This document shows positions 40,226-52,449 of a DNA stretch of 64,000 nt, piece after piece; within the stretch, counting starts at the first letter, position 1; each line of letters opens with the position of its first letter. Under the pieces are notes generated by a model. That model was not told the origin of the DNA. It saw only the letters and a program-made list of their open reading frames with translations, and made no database searches. Source of the stretch: Dipteris shenzhenensis (taxonomy: Eukaryota). The stretch is taken from NCBI GenBank assembly GCA_047967505.1, contig CM106538.1, one strand, 5' to 3'. A program made the position numbers and the translations under genes.

Positions 40226-41260
40226 GCCCAAGCAAAAGTTATGAGCCCAAAATTCCCCTTTCATCTAGTTGCTTGGTGTTGACTCGTTTGCTACATGGTT
40301 CTCATGGGATCTGGTTTTCATTTCCTTCTAAGGATGCTCAAGGTGGTCACTCTTTAAGAAATGCTCCAATCACCATTGTTCAAGATAAGATATAAAAATC
40401 CCTTTCATATATTTTTAGGAACATTATTGTCTCTCAGGTAAAGATTCTAATGTAGGTATATACATGTATTCTTCTTAATCATCAATATCGTATCATTTAG
40501 TCTTCTAATGTATGTTATACATGTAATCTTCTTAATCCATACTGCATCATTTAGTCTTCTAATGTATGCATGCATTTAATATTCTAAATGTATACCCCAT
40601 CATATGTATATATATACATACAAAATATGTGTGTGTGCATGTGCACGTGCGCGCCTGTGTGCGTGCGTGCATGCATGGAATTAATGATAACGAACAATTA
40701 ATACCATTGGTTCAAAAATACAACACAAGATCTAGTAAAAGGTATCAAAAGGTCCATTATGCACCTCACAATGGCATTTTTAGCACCATCAGTTGAGAAA
40801 CAGAGTCACAGGTCTTCGCATCCTAAGTTATCAGATGTATGTGTGTGTGTGTAAGAATCACCTCATAGCATATCACATTTGCATCTCTCTATATCGTACT
40901 GCATTTGCTTGATTTCATTACAAGTGCATGATGGCATATATATGGCTAACTTTCTGTTAAATCTGATACTTACAACACAAGGGCTTTCCTTTTTGGGATA
41001 CCCTTCCTCGGCCTTGATTGCTTCGAGGTGAAGAGCAAGGATGTGTGGGGGCCGTGCAAAGTCCTAAACCACGGGGGGAGGGGCATATGAGCGTAGGCGA
41101 GCCTCGGAGTGGAAGAAGAGCTACAAAGTGAGCAATGGGGGGGGGGGAAGATGAAAGTGTTGCCCAACACGAAAACTAAGTAGAGGTTGGGGGGCTCTAA
41201 TTGGGGGTTAAGCGCAATTCTTCTCGAGTGACTTGGAAGTACACATTATTGTGTGCAACA

Positions 41261-41268
41261 TATAAATA
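41261..41268 (+). promoter_or_regulatory. Candidate TATA box of the NAP1 gene
   Basis: tataaata ~125 nt upstream of the ATG, followed by a CT-rich 5' UTR in a CpG-retaining region. Confidence 0.55.
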
Positions 41269-41386
41269 ACTGGAGAGGCGAAGCTGAGGGCCTTTTGAGC
41301 ATCAGAGGCTTCAGGCTCTGCACTCTGCTCCCGTCCCTTGCCTTTTTCTCTCGCCACTCTCTCTGCCCTAACTCAGCCTTTCCGAC

Positions 41387-41450
41387 ATGAGCAAAGACGA
41401 TGATCAGGTCCCGCCTTACTCCATGGCTGAGCTTGGTGCCTCCCTTCCCG
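41387..41450 (+). CDS. NAP1: Nucleosome assembly protein 1, coding exon 1
   Basis: MSKDDDQVPPYSMAELGASLP+G, then donor gtaatc (phase 1); resembles the plant NAP1 N-terminus (..DL.ASLP..). Confidence 0.8.
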
Positions 41451-43204
41451 GTAATCCTCCCCTCTTTTCTCCCTTGCCCTGCTCTTTCTTGTCTCTTTTT
41501 TTGTGCTCCGTTGTTGTAGTCGGCTTTCACGCACCTCTTCCCACAGCTTCTATGCCCTGCATTCCTATCTTGAAGCTCCTGCCTCGCTGCAATGTTGTTC
41601 TTTCTTCCTCCTTTGTGGAGTTGTTGTTGTGTCACGTTTTTCTCCAACATAGATACATGCGTGGTGATGGACGAGACATGTATGCATGATAGGAACAAAT
41701 GTGTAATCGATTTTCACAAAAGCTTGCTTTTTTTCCCCCAGCTTATACGGTTTCTTGAAAGGCCGAATACGTCAGAGAAGTTATTAATCTTCAACATCTG
41801 TTTGTGTTGGCGTCCGTCCTTACTTCTGTTTTTAAGGCCTCCCCCGCATGTTTAATCTCCTGTCCTCTCATCTACAGAGCAGGGAAAGAGACCTTCTTTT
41901 TTTAGTGGCGGTTTGATTCGTCAGACGTTATTACAAGCCGCTTTGCTTTTTTGGTGAGATTAGGGGACTTTAACCGATGGACGTTTGTGCCATTAATTTT
42001 ACCGACTTCTAATGCCAATACTATCCTTGCTACCTTTCTCCCTTGCCATTTATATATAAGTAATATACTTCGATTTCCAATTCTGGATAGCTAGCTGGAC
42101 AACATGAAGCCAAAGGTGCTTGTTAAGACTAATTTTGGTGAAGGGCTGTTATGCATTAAGGCCTCACGTGATACATTTAACTGCTCAGTATTTAGTAACA
42201 GAAAGTTTGTGATATGTTTTCAGTTTGTCACAATGCATTAAGTACAAATTCTTGTCTTCCTGTATAACAATGGAATAGAGCCTTTAGATTAGCCTGGCCG
42301 CTTCAATATAAAAGACATGGTAGAGGTGAGAACGACGAAGAAGAGGACATTTGAATGACATCAACACACAAGGCTTTCAATAAAATGGAATTTCTGGAAA
42401 AGTGCCATACAAATGAAATCTTACGTTAGCATCTTTCTTCCACTCTTGAAGCTAAAATAGCTAGCAGAAGTAAAGAGTTCTCTTGAAGGAGTTCTTGCCA
42501 AAGCTATGAGTGACATTGACACTATGGAGAAAGGGTGCAAATATAACCCATAGTAAAACGTGGAAATGTATTGAGTTGTTGCCGATGCCCATTTCTTTGA
42601 TAAACCTCACGATTTGATGTATTCGGCTATGTTTCCTCCAATAAGAAACTTGTCCTTGTAAGTGAGGGATTTTGTTTGCTATGTACGATGTGTGGTCTAG
42701 TGTGCTCTTAAACCTAGAGTTTCTTGACGAGTTTAAGATTATTGCAAAGTTTTATAATTGATGTACACTTGAAACGGCGCGTTATGTATTAACTTGACAA
42801 TGTCAAACTTTTGTGTTCCAACTAGTGTTAGTTTCAAATCATGGGTTCCCTATTTTGACAATGGTGTTGTGGATAGAGCATTATCTCCTAGTAGTTAGTT
42901 TGAGCTTCATGCCTATTACGCTTATCAATGCGTTCAATCTTTCTTGAGTTTGTAAGGAGCAGAGGGGGGACCAAGACACCGAGGGTGTCTTCTACCTCAA
43001 GTATCCTCTTGATAACTCCCCTCTATCCTTTAGTCTTAGTGGGAGATTTGTTCGCTCTAGTAGGACCGAGGAGTGTACAGTGACGATTGCTTGCGATAAG
43101 GTTACTGTGAGTGTAGATATGCTTGCAAGCGACAAAAGAGGACGAGGCAGTGTCCACACCCTAGGTGGGCCCACTCTTGAAGCATCCATTACATTTGCTA
43201 TTGT

Positions 43205-43706
43205 GCTAGCCAAGTAGTAGAGAGCCCACCTGACGAGTTCCACCCTAGCAAACTCCTTGTTTCCAAGGAGCTCAATTTCGATTGGTATGATAGGTAAACA
43301 TAACCTTTAGTACACTTATCTTGGCTCAGCTAGTTTGAGAGTTGTTACATCACAATTCTTGCATCCATTCACTTTCAATAATACAAAGGTTGTTGTTGGA
43401 TCATTGATGGAGCTACTACTAGCGCAGATTGAGACACCATAAAAGAAACCTCCACGCTAGCCAAGTAGTAGAGAGCCCACCTGATGAGTTTCACCCTAGC
43501 AAACTCCTTGTTTCTAAGGAGCTCAATTTCGATTGGTATGATAGGTAAATATAACCTTTGGTACACTTATCTTGGCTCAACTAGTTTGAGAGTTGTTACA
43601 TCACAATTCTTGCGTCCATGCACTTTCAATAATACAAAGGTTGGTGTTGGATCATTGATGGAGCTACTACTAGCGTAGATTGAGACACCATAAAAGAAAC
43701 CTCCAC
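43205..43706. repeat. 251-bp tandem duplication
   Basis: gctagccaagtagtagagagcccacctga at 43205 and 43456; copies nearly identical. Confidence 0.95.
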
Positions 43707-43957
43707 GTCTCCTTTGCTGTTGTTGGCTTGCTATTTGTAGTGTTGTTGGTCTTTGGATTCCCCTAACATAATGTCTCGTGATATTTCTTGTTGAGGGGAG
43801 CTTTTGGTTCATGGCCCTTGCTCATTAGCTCAAATTTTGTGTGAGCTCTTAAGCGGTTTTGTCTTTGGCCTTCAGCTTTGAACATATATGTATGTTACTG
43901 GCTTGCTATAATGTTGTTGGTCTTTGAATCCCTTGGTCTAACGTCTCTTGATATTTA

Positions 43958-46900
43958 TGTGAGAAGTGTAGCGGTAGGAATGGAGAGAGAAACAACAAAC
44001 ACTCACAGGAAAACTGGAAACAAGAGACTTGCACAAGGATCTCAGGAAAACTCTACTCTATTGCCGGAGAAAAACCTCAACTTGTGAGTGAACAATTGTC
44101 TGCTGAGTTGAGAAACAAGGGAGGGACGGGGCCCTATTTATAGGGTCACCCCTGCCCCAAATGGATCGTTTAAGGGGGGTAGGTGGTTGACTACGAGGGC
44201 TGACTTGGTTTGCAACATACCGACCAGTAGGGTCGGTTGTTGTGGGCTGGTCTGAGGCCTAAAGGCCCGCCAAACAAGGTGCCAACTAGGCGAACATGTG
44301 CAGCCCAGTGGCAGCCCCTAGGTAGGCTGATGGCACACCCTACACAGACTCTAGCAAGCCTTATAGACCCCCACACCTTGCGCGACAAATGGCGGCCCCT
44401 TCGTGACATGTGGCGGTCCCTCCACATCCTCGAAACAAAGACAAACAGCCTCACACAAGTTTGTGCATATGCAGGCCTTCATGATGAACCCCCTCTGCCT
44501 CTCTGGGGCGGTCAAACCCACAACAATGGCCCTGACTCTTCTCACATGGGCGGGTAGAACCACAACCAAGGCACTCATTCAAGGAGACAGGAGATGAACT
44601 CTAACACCCCGTCTCAGGTCCTAGATCATGAATCATCTGAGGGAGCTGGAATGATCACCAAGCAGTTGCTGTGCCAAGGGCTCGATGAAGAGGTTTTGCC
44701 TTGTTGTCCTTTGTCTTGCAATACGTCAATTGGACTAGGTCATCGAGAACCTTTTTTTAGACATATTCATTGGATATCAATATGCTTGGTAAGGGCATGA
44801 AACACGGGGTTCCGGGCAAGAGCAATACAACTTTGATTGTCACTGTGGATGACCGTCGGGGAAACCCAGTCTCTCCAAGCAACCACTGGAGCCAAAGTGC
44901 CTCACAAGAGTTGGAACATGCATCATGATACTCTGCCTTAGTGGAAGATAGGGCTACCATCGGTTGCCTTTTATTGCTCCAAGTGATAGCGGCTAAGACA
45001 ATACCTAGTGGTGGAATGGCGAGTATCGGAATCTCCTCCCCAGTTTGAGTCACTCCAACCTAAAAGTTGGATCCTGGAATGTTGTTTGGACTGATAGAAC
45101 AACCCTCGATTGCAAGACCTTTAAAGATAGTGAAGATCCACATACCAGCGTCTTGATGGGTCTTCCTAGGTGTGCATGAAGGAATTGAGAAGACCAATTG
45201 AGGAGCCAAATCAGGGAACCAATCAACTAGCTGTATATGCTTGCATCTAGTGGATCATTGGGGTCATACTTGGACAATTTGGTACTGGGGCCCGTGGGTG
45301 AGGAAATGGCACGACATTCTGACATATGAAAAGCCTCTAGAAGCTCCTGACTATAGCGTTTCTGGGACACAAAGTATCCTCCCAGTCCCTGTGAAATCTC
45401 TAGACCCAAGAAGAAGTGTAGACGATCGAGATCTGTCATCTCAAAGGCCTGAGAAAGAGCTGCCTTGGTCTGGGCAATATGTGTGGCACGACTTCCTGTA
45501 GTGAGTAGATCATCAACATAGAGGATAATAAGGGAAATAAGTTTTCCTTGACGGTGAATTTACAAATTGGGATTAGATCGAAGTGTTTTGGAACAAAGAA
45601 CGCATCAATCTTCTGATTTCATGCTCGAGGAGCCCATATAAGGCTTTATGTATGTATTGTACGCCAATGGTGTAACATGTATTTGTATTTATGATGGACA
45701 CCGACCGATTTGTTATGGCGGAGGATCATCTCAGTAGAGAGGACTAGTCGAGCTGGAGCCATTGCTTTAGACGGCATCGAATTTGGACATGTGATACTTA
45801 TTCTATCAATAAAAATATGCACACGTGTCTAGGTCCTAGGGGCAATAGGATGGGAAGGTGTAGTCATAAGATAAGGGTAGGTGTAAATGGAAAGATGGAA
45901 CTTGAGTAATCTCAAGGGATATTAATGAAAGGGTATCACCCTTTCATTGTGAATCTCACATAGCATTCTTCATTCACCTTGCATTCATCTGCCATCTCTC
46001 TCCGTAGAAGGGAGAAGAGGTCATTTCAAGTGTTTTCTGAACACAAACGAAGCGGGAGTCGGATAAGTACCACCGACTCTATAACACTTGACTTTTTCTA
46101 TAAAATAAACCCCTAAGGGGAAGGGATATTTAATAATGAACTTGTCGTTTTTCCTCCATTATTAGAAGAAGATAGGGAGAGAACACCATCACCTCCTCTT
46201 GAAGAGGATAATGTAGATGAGAGTTACATATGAGTATGATAACCCACGTATAGAATTACCTTCATCTCTCCTTCAAGAATCTCTTGATAGAGAGTTTAGA
46301 AACGAGGAGAGAAATGAGTCCATCCAAGAGCAAGGCATTGAGTTTACGCCTTTAACTCATAATCCAAGTGCAAGAGGGAGAGAGGAGTCTCCTGTTGATA
46401 AGCTGGTTTCTCAGCTTAGCCATATGATTGAACAGTCCATTATGACAAAATTAGGGACTAAGAGAGTGCTGAATTTTGGGGATGACGAATTAAGTACCCC
46501 CTCAATGAGAGCTAAATTCTGACCCCGAGAGAGAATAGAGTTCCCAATGTATGACGGAGCAAGAGTGGCGGATAAAATCCTCAATTGGATTAGCAATTTT
46601 GAGCTATATTTTGCCCATTAAGATAAGACCGACCACGAGAAGCTTGCTCTTGCCACACTACATCTACAGAAGGATGCTTTGATGTGGTGGTCTTTATCAC
46701 AAACGGGAAAAGAGCCTATTCTTCAATGGTCCAAATTCGTAGAGCAGCTTAAGGCCACTTTCATGCCTCCGAGGCATGAAGAAGAATTGACCTTCCGTTG
46801 GGAAAGGTTCAGGCAATTCGATAATGAGAATAATGCTGAATTTACAGCTAGGTTCTGGAAACTCTCTTTAGACTTACCTGAGAAGAGCGAGGATGATAGA

Positions 46901-49900
46901 AGGAAGAAGTATTTAGCATCCCTAACCCCAAAAGTGAGGTATGAGGTTGAAATGTTCAACCCAACCACCTTGAAAGATCTCACGTCCTGGATGGATACCA
47001 TTTCCTTCCATGACTGATGATGAGAAGAAAAAGCTAGTTAAGGAGGGTAAATGTTTCGGATGTAAGAAACATAAGCCAGGGCATCCGTGGCATAAATGTC
47101 CTACTCTATTAGCTAAATTTGCCAAAACCAATTCTGAAAATGGAAAAGGCAAAGCATCCAAGCAGGAGGGTGAGGCTTCTACCTCCTCTTCCCAAGACTC
47201 TACGGTGAACATAGAACCAAGAGTAAATGCTATCCATTCAGCCAACACTAGTATATGGATGTGTGAATTGAATAGAGAGTAGGCATATTCATTGTAGAGT
47301 ATGGATAGAGAATAAATATTTTATCCTCCGTGTAGAGACTCTGATAGGATGAATAGGGCTGAAATAGAAGAGTTGGAAAAAGAGATTGAAGGTCTATAGT
47401 TTCTATAGACTAAGTAGTTCTCCATCGCAAAATCATCGATAGCCAAGGTCTACCTAGTTCAATGAAACATTTGGGTGAGAGAATCGTTTTAATACTGATC
47501 AGTTTGTTGAGAACATGTTTCAGCTTATTGAGCAGGTTACTATAAAGAGATTTCAGCAGTTGGTATTCAAAAGAGAATTTTGAGTATGAAGAGATATTGA
47601 AGAGGCACTGCAGTGGTACTTCTGCATTTTGAATATTCAGCATTAAGACGAACTAGAACTTGAATATGAGATTTAAGTTCTTATTCAGAAGAGAGTGTGT
47701 ACTACCAAGAGAAGACTATTTGCAGATTATGAAGAGGAGATGCAAATGCAGAAGTAAAAGGGAAGCGTACTTAAGAGAAAGAGACAAGAGAGGATCCAAA
47801 AGAGGACTTTTGCCCATTCAAGCAGGAGGGAGTGTCATGACGAGAAATCACCAATCCGTGATTAGTAGGCATTAAAATATTATTATATATTATACACCAA
47901 TGGTGTAACATGTATTTGTACTTATGATGGACACCGACCGATTTGTTATGGTGGAGGATCATCTCAGTAGATAGGACTAGTTGAGTTGGAGCCATTGCTT
48001 CAGACGGCATCGAATTTGGACATGTGATACTTATTCTGTTAATAAATATGTGCACACACGTGTCTAGGTCCTAGGGGCAATAGGAAGGGAAGGGTGCATT
48101 AAGATGCATTGAATGGTAGATGCATGGGTCATAGGATAAGGGTAGGTGTAAGTGGGAAGATGGAACTTGAGTGATCTCAAGGGACATTAATGAAAGGGTA
48201 TCACCCTTTCATTGTGAATCTCACTTAGCATTCTTCATTCACCATGCATTCATCTGCCATCTCTCTCCCACCTTGCATCTAGGTCGAAAATAGAAACAAG
48301 TACTCTGACGAGGGCGCTCTTCCCCATTGGAGGGCCAATTGGCATTCAAATTTTGCATGCATTGCATACATTCGCATTCTCGAAAAGTTTGGTTCTTCAC
48401 AGAGGTATCTTCTGAGAACCGAACCTGAAGCTTCCCTTGCGGCCTAGAGAGGTGGGGAATCATCTAGATCACTGTCTGGGGAAGTATCAAAAACAGTTGT
48501 CGGGGCTGGAGGCGTCGAGGCTGGGAGCAATGAGGAAGAAATGTCGGTGACACCGGAGTCACGAAGAGTCTCAATCATCCAACGAGGTACCTTTTGAGAA
48601 CCTAACCCGGAGCTTCCCCTGTGACCTTGAGAGGTGGGGAATCATCTGGATTACTATCTGGGGAAGTATCAGAAACAGTTGCTGGGGCTGGGAGCAATGA
48701 ACAGAATCACCACTACTGTCATCATCCACGGGCTCTGGGAGAAGGGGTGGGGTAACATTAATGACGGAATACAGAAGCTACATCCTTTGCTGAGGATAAT
48801 CTCTCTCTTGGAAGGATCATATAGTCGATAACTTGTAGATTGAGAATTGTATCCGATAAAGATCGTTTGAGTAGACTTCACATCTAACTTCCCCCTCTGC
48901 TTCTTGGGAATGTGTACACAGGTGTCACACCCAAACATGCGGAAATAGGAAACATTAGGCTTCTAGTGGAAATAGGCTTCCAAAGGAGTTGCCTTGGGAA
49001 CAACAGATGTTGGAGAACAATTCAGGATATGAACTGTTGTGGTAGTGGCTTCAGCCCAAAGGAACTGAGGAACCTCCCGGTGAGTCATCATGGTTCGAGA
49101 CATCTCAACCACGGTACGATTCTTGCGCTCAACAACCTTTGCTTTAGAGGGAGTGTCGGTGTTGGCAAATTCCCATTGAATGCCTTTTGTTACACAAAAC
49201 TCATCAAATGGATGAGAACAGAATTCACCTCCTTTGTCAGACTGAAGAGCTTTCAAATAAAAGTTGGATTTCTTTCTTAACTTAGGCACACCATTCCCGG
49301 AAGCGAGAATACACCAGAGACTTTTGGGCCAAAAAGTATATCTACATAAACTTGTTGAAGTCATCAACCAGTAACATGAAGTAGAGAGCCCCGCCAGGAT
49401 TGGCAACAGTCATTGGTTGACAGAGATCAACATGGACCAACTCTAAAGGTAAGGAAGCCCGCCGTGAAGCTTGCTTCGGGAATGCATCTCAATGTTGCTT
49501 GCTTTGAATACATGAATGGCACTGACCGTGCTTGTTGCCCACATCCAGTAGTCCGAGGACCATTTGTTCACGAGTAGCACACTGGAGGGCATCAACATTC
49601 AAGTGACTAAATAGAAAGTGCTAGAGATCACCTTGAAGAGACGACGTGATCGTGGAAAGCACTGACAAAGTGTAAATGCCACGACTAACTGTACTAGTTT
49701 GTACCACTTGACCGGTAACATTATCTCAAACTTTCACAGAATTTTCATCAAACAATACTGTGGCTCCAAGTTGGTAAGTCTCATAAACAAACAACAAATT
49801 GAATCTGAGAGAGGGAACGCAAACAGAACTCGAGAGGAGTGCATCCCTCCTTTTCCATTGGGCATGATGTCGAGGTTGCCTTCACCACGAACTTTGATGA

Positions 49901-50340
49901 TTGAGCTATCGTCGATACAGACATCACTACGGGAGATCACAAAATCCTTCAGCTCAGCTGGAGAAGGACTCATACTCCCGGATGCCCCGCTATCAACGAT
50001 TCAGGTCTGGAAGTCTTTGGCTTGGAGAGGCAGAACCCCCTCTCCAACAGAGGACACAAGAGAATCAATCATTTCAAGATGCACAAAAGTGGGAGTGATA
50101 GCAGTAGAGGAAGAACCGGGGCCTTTGTTGTTAACCTGATAAGGACACTTTCTTGCTACAATGATTACACGACTGTTCCGCCTTCAGTGCCTCCTCCTCA
50201 TATTCAGTCCTCGTGTCAGGGGTACGACGTCCTTCAAACTTGCTCGACTGCGGGGCTGCCAGAGCATCAGAGCCACCGCCATGGGGAGAACTTTGAAACT
50301 GCTTTTATTGATCCAGCACCATAGGCACCAATTCTTCCCA
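43958..50340 (-). mobile_element. Degraded Ty1/Copia element (3' LTR ~43958-44606; RNase H, RT, integrase, protease), 5' part missing
   Basis: On -: IVDSGASG (~49990), QSDKGGEF...VERKNRT (48963-49406), KLDVKS..IFIGY, ALYG, ILYVDDLL (~45520), MTDLDRLHFFLGLEI, VALSSTKAEY, TKHIDI; purine tract then TGTTAG at 44606. Confidence 0.9.
45647..48280 (+). mobile_element. Non-autonomous gag-only Ty3/Gypsy-type LTR element nested in the Copia
   Basis: LTR copies 45647-46003 (truncated) and 47833-~48280; PPT aagcaggagggag at 47820-47832; gag 46217-47282 (FPMYDG, ALMWW, CFGCKKHKPGHPWHKC); no pol seen. Confidence 0.85.
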
Positions 50341-50349
50341 ACCTGAGAG

Positions 50350-52130
50350 TACTCATCCTGCCACTAGTGATCAGGGAAGAATAAAATGCAACTCTAGGCA
50401 CAACATAACCACCCCTAGTAAAACAATCGCAACGACTAGGAGCCCTATGACATGATCTTCCGGCCGCTCGGGAGGAAGCTTTCTTGGAGAAGCAATCTAA
50501 ATTTTCATTTTCAACAGGATTCACTTCTACTTGAGGTTCACGCTCTCTCTCTCTCTTACAAAAACAAAGTATGCAGAAATATACAAATAGGATTGTCTCG
50601 ACTCTTTCTTTGGCCAAAATCTTGTGCTCCTTGTTCTGTGCACGAAACTGAGAGTTCTTGCTTTGATGTACTTCCTTTTTGTGGAACCACGGCATACCCA
50701 AAATGACGTCATGATGTTTGAGGGGTGAAACATAGAACTCCTCCTCATCCACATAGTCCTGGATATGCATTTTGAGCTTTCCAATCAATGGAGTGATTCC
50801 CTTCAAAAACATGTTCCACATCTAGAGCTGGTCCCAACTCTTCAGTCTTGATTCCTAGCTTCAAAGCTAGGTCTTCTGAGATGAAACTGTCTGTAGCTCC
50901 TTGATCGAATAAGTTCAAAGCACTCTGGTCTCTTACTTTACCCCATGAGAGGCAAAGCTCTCAAGCTTTTAGGTCAACGGCTCTTCCCAACATATTAGGG
51001 ACTACTCCCACCAATGGCTTTGATGTCAATTTTGGCATTTTCTGCTCCCTCAAGCTCGTAGGCTTTTCGGAGCATTGGGCAGCCCAAATGCCCTTCTCTT
51101 TCGCCCTGAATTGTCGCGGTCATGTTCTTCTTGAAGGTGTCTCCATCTTTGCCTTTTGAGGCAGCCATTGTTCGTAGCAAATCTTTATTTGTTTCTTCAA
51201 CCACTAGGGTTGAGTGGCTTTGTCTTTCGTTCAATGCTCACATGCGTAAATACTTAGATGCAGACCAGTTCGGTACTTTCGCATCTTTGACTTTTCTGAA
51301 ATTTCCTTGAAGTGAGTAATTTGGAGATACGCCAAAAAGAACTTCTGATTGTAAGTCTCAACCGTATCCGTGGCTGTCATGGATACACCCTCCCAAGTTG
51401 TATGAGCATCATCATAAAAATTCTTTGGTAAGAATTGCTTGAAAAACTACTTCGTGAAACTTTTCCACTTCTTGGGTGCTTCATCCACCACTAGAAGAGC
51501 TCCCCACCATGCTTTGGTATTGCTTGTAAGATGGAGGCTTACAATTTTCAATTTTGATTTCTCATGATAGTGTCCTGTCTGAAAAGCTATGTCGAAGGAG
51601 TCCAAAGCTTTCTCACTTGCCCCATACTTTCCATCAAAAGTAGTAACGGACTTGCCTCCTTGTTTGAAGTCCTTTCGTCTTGTTCCCGTCTGCCTCCTCT
51701 TCCTCCTTTCTTGGGATGAAGAGGAAGAAGAAGAAGAAGAAAGAAGATGGGATGGAGCTGGGAGATCTCCGTCGGTGCTTTCTGCTTCGTCTTCCATGAG
51801 GGTTCAGACTCCTTCCTCTTTTCTTTGAATTTGAATATCTTTGAATTGAAGGAGAACTTTGGGAACGCTTTCCTAAGGCACGATGTTGCCTAGGAGATCT
51901 TTAGAAATTGAAGGAGTTTTACGACCAATTCCTTATCTATGGGAATAAGGAACGTGCCAAGGCATCATCTCCTCGAACAAGTGCTGAAATCGAGGTATCT
52001 TTCTCAGGGACTGAACTCTTGGATTCTTCCCTTTATCTAGATCTTAATCAGGTGCAATAGAACGTCTCATACTAGGCTGTCTTGTGGCTGAATTGCCTTG
52101 TTTTGAAACCATGATGTCATTGAATCAAGC
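50350..52130 (-). mobile_element. Ty3/Gypsy gag-protease fragment
   Basis: TTFDGKYG...LHLTSNTKAWW (51447-51797), LFDQGATDSFIS (~50880-50912), DVILGMPW. Confidence 0.85.
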
Positions 52131-52449
52131 TTGGCTGAGCCCAAAACAACCAACAGTGAAACCTCACTTCTTCCAAGGAGGTAAATGTTACGGATGAAGA
52201 AGGGAGTCGTCTTGACGCACGATGAAGTAAGGGTGGGAGTGGCTTTTCAAACATTAGTCCGTGGTTTAGGCCACACAAAATAAAAAATTATAGTATATTC
52301 TATAACTCGAAATGTATTGCGATGAGCTCAAGCGGAGTGGAGGATCCTTTGAAATCGCAAGTGTGCTACCATTGAGGAGTCTTTTGATCGTTGCTACCGA
52401 AGAAAGTGGCAAAACCGCAGCTTTGATTGGTGCAATCATCTAGTTAGTA

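Noticed and set aside
41387-41689. 100-aa single-exon protein
   Set aside because: Read-through of NAP1 exon 1 into the pyrimidine-rich intron after the donor at 41451.
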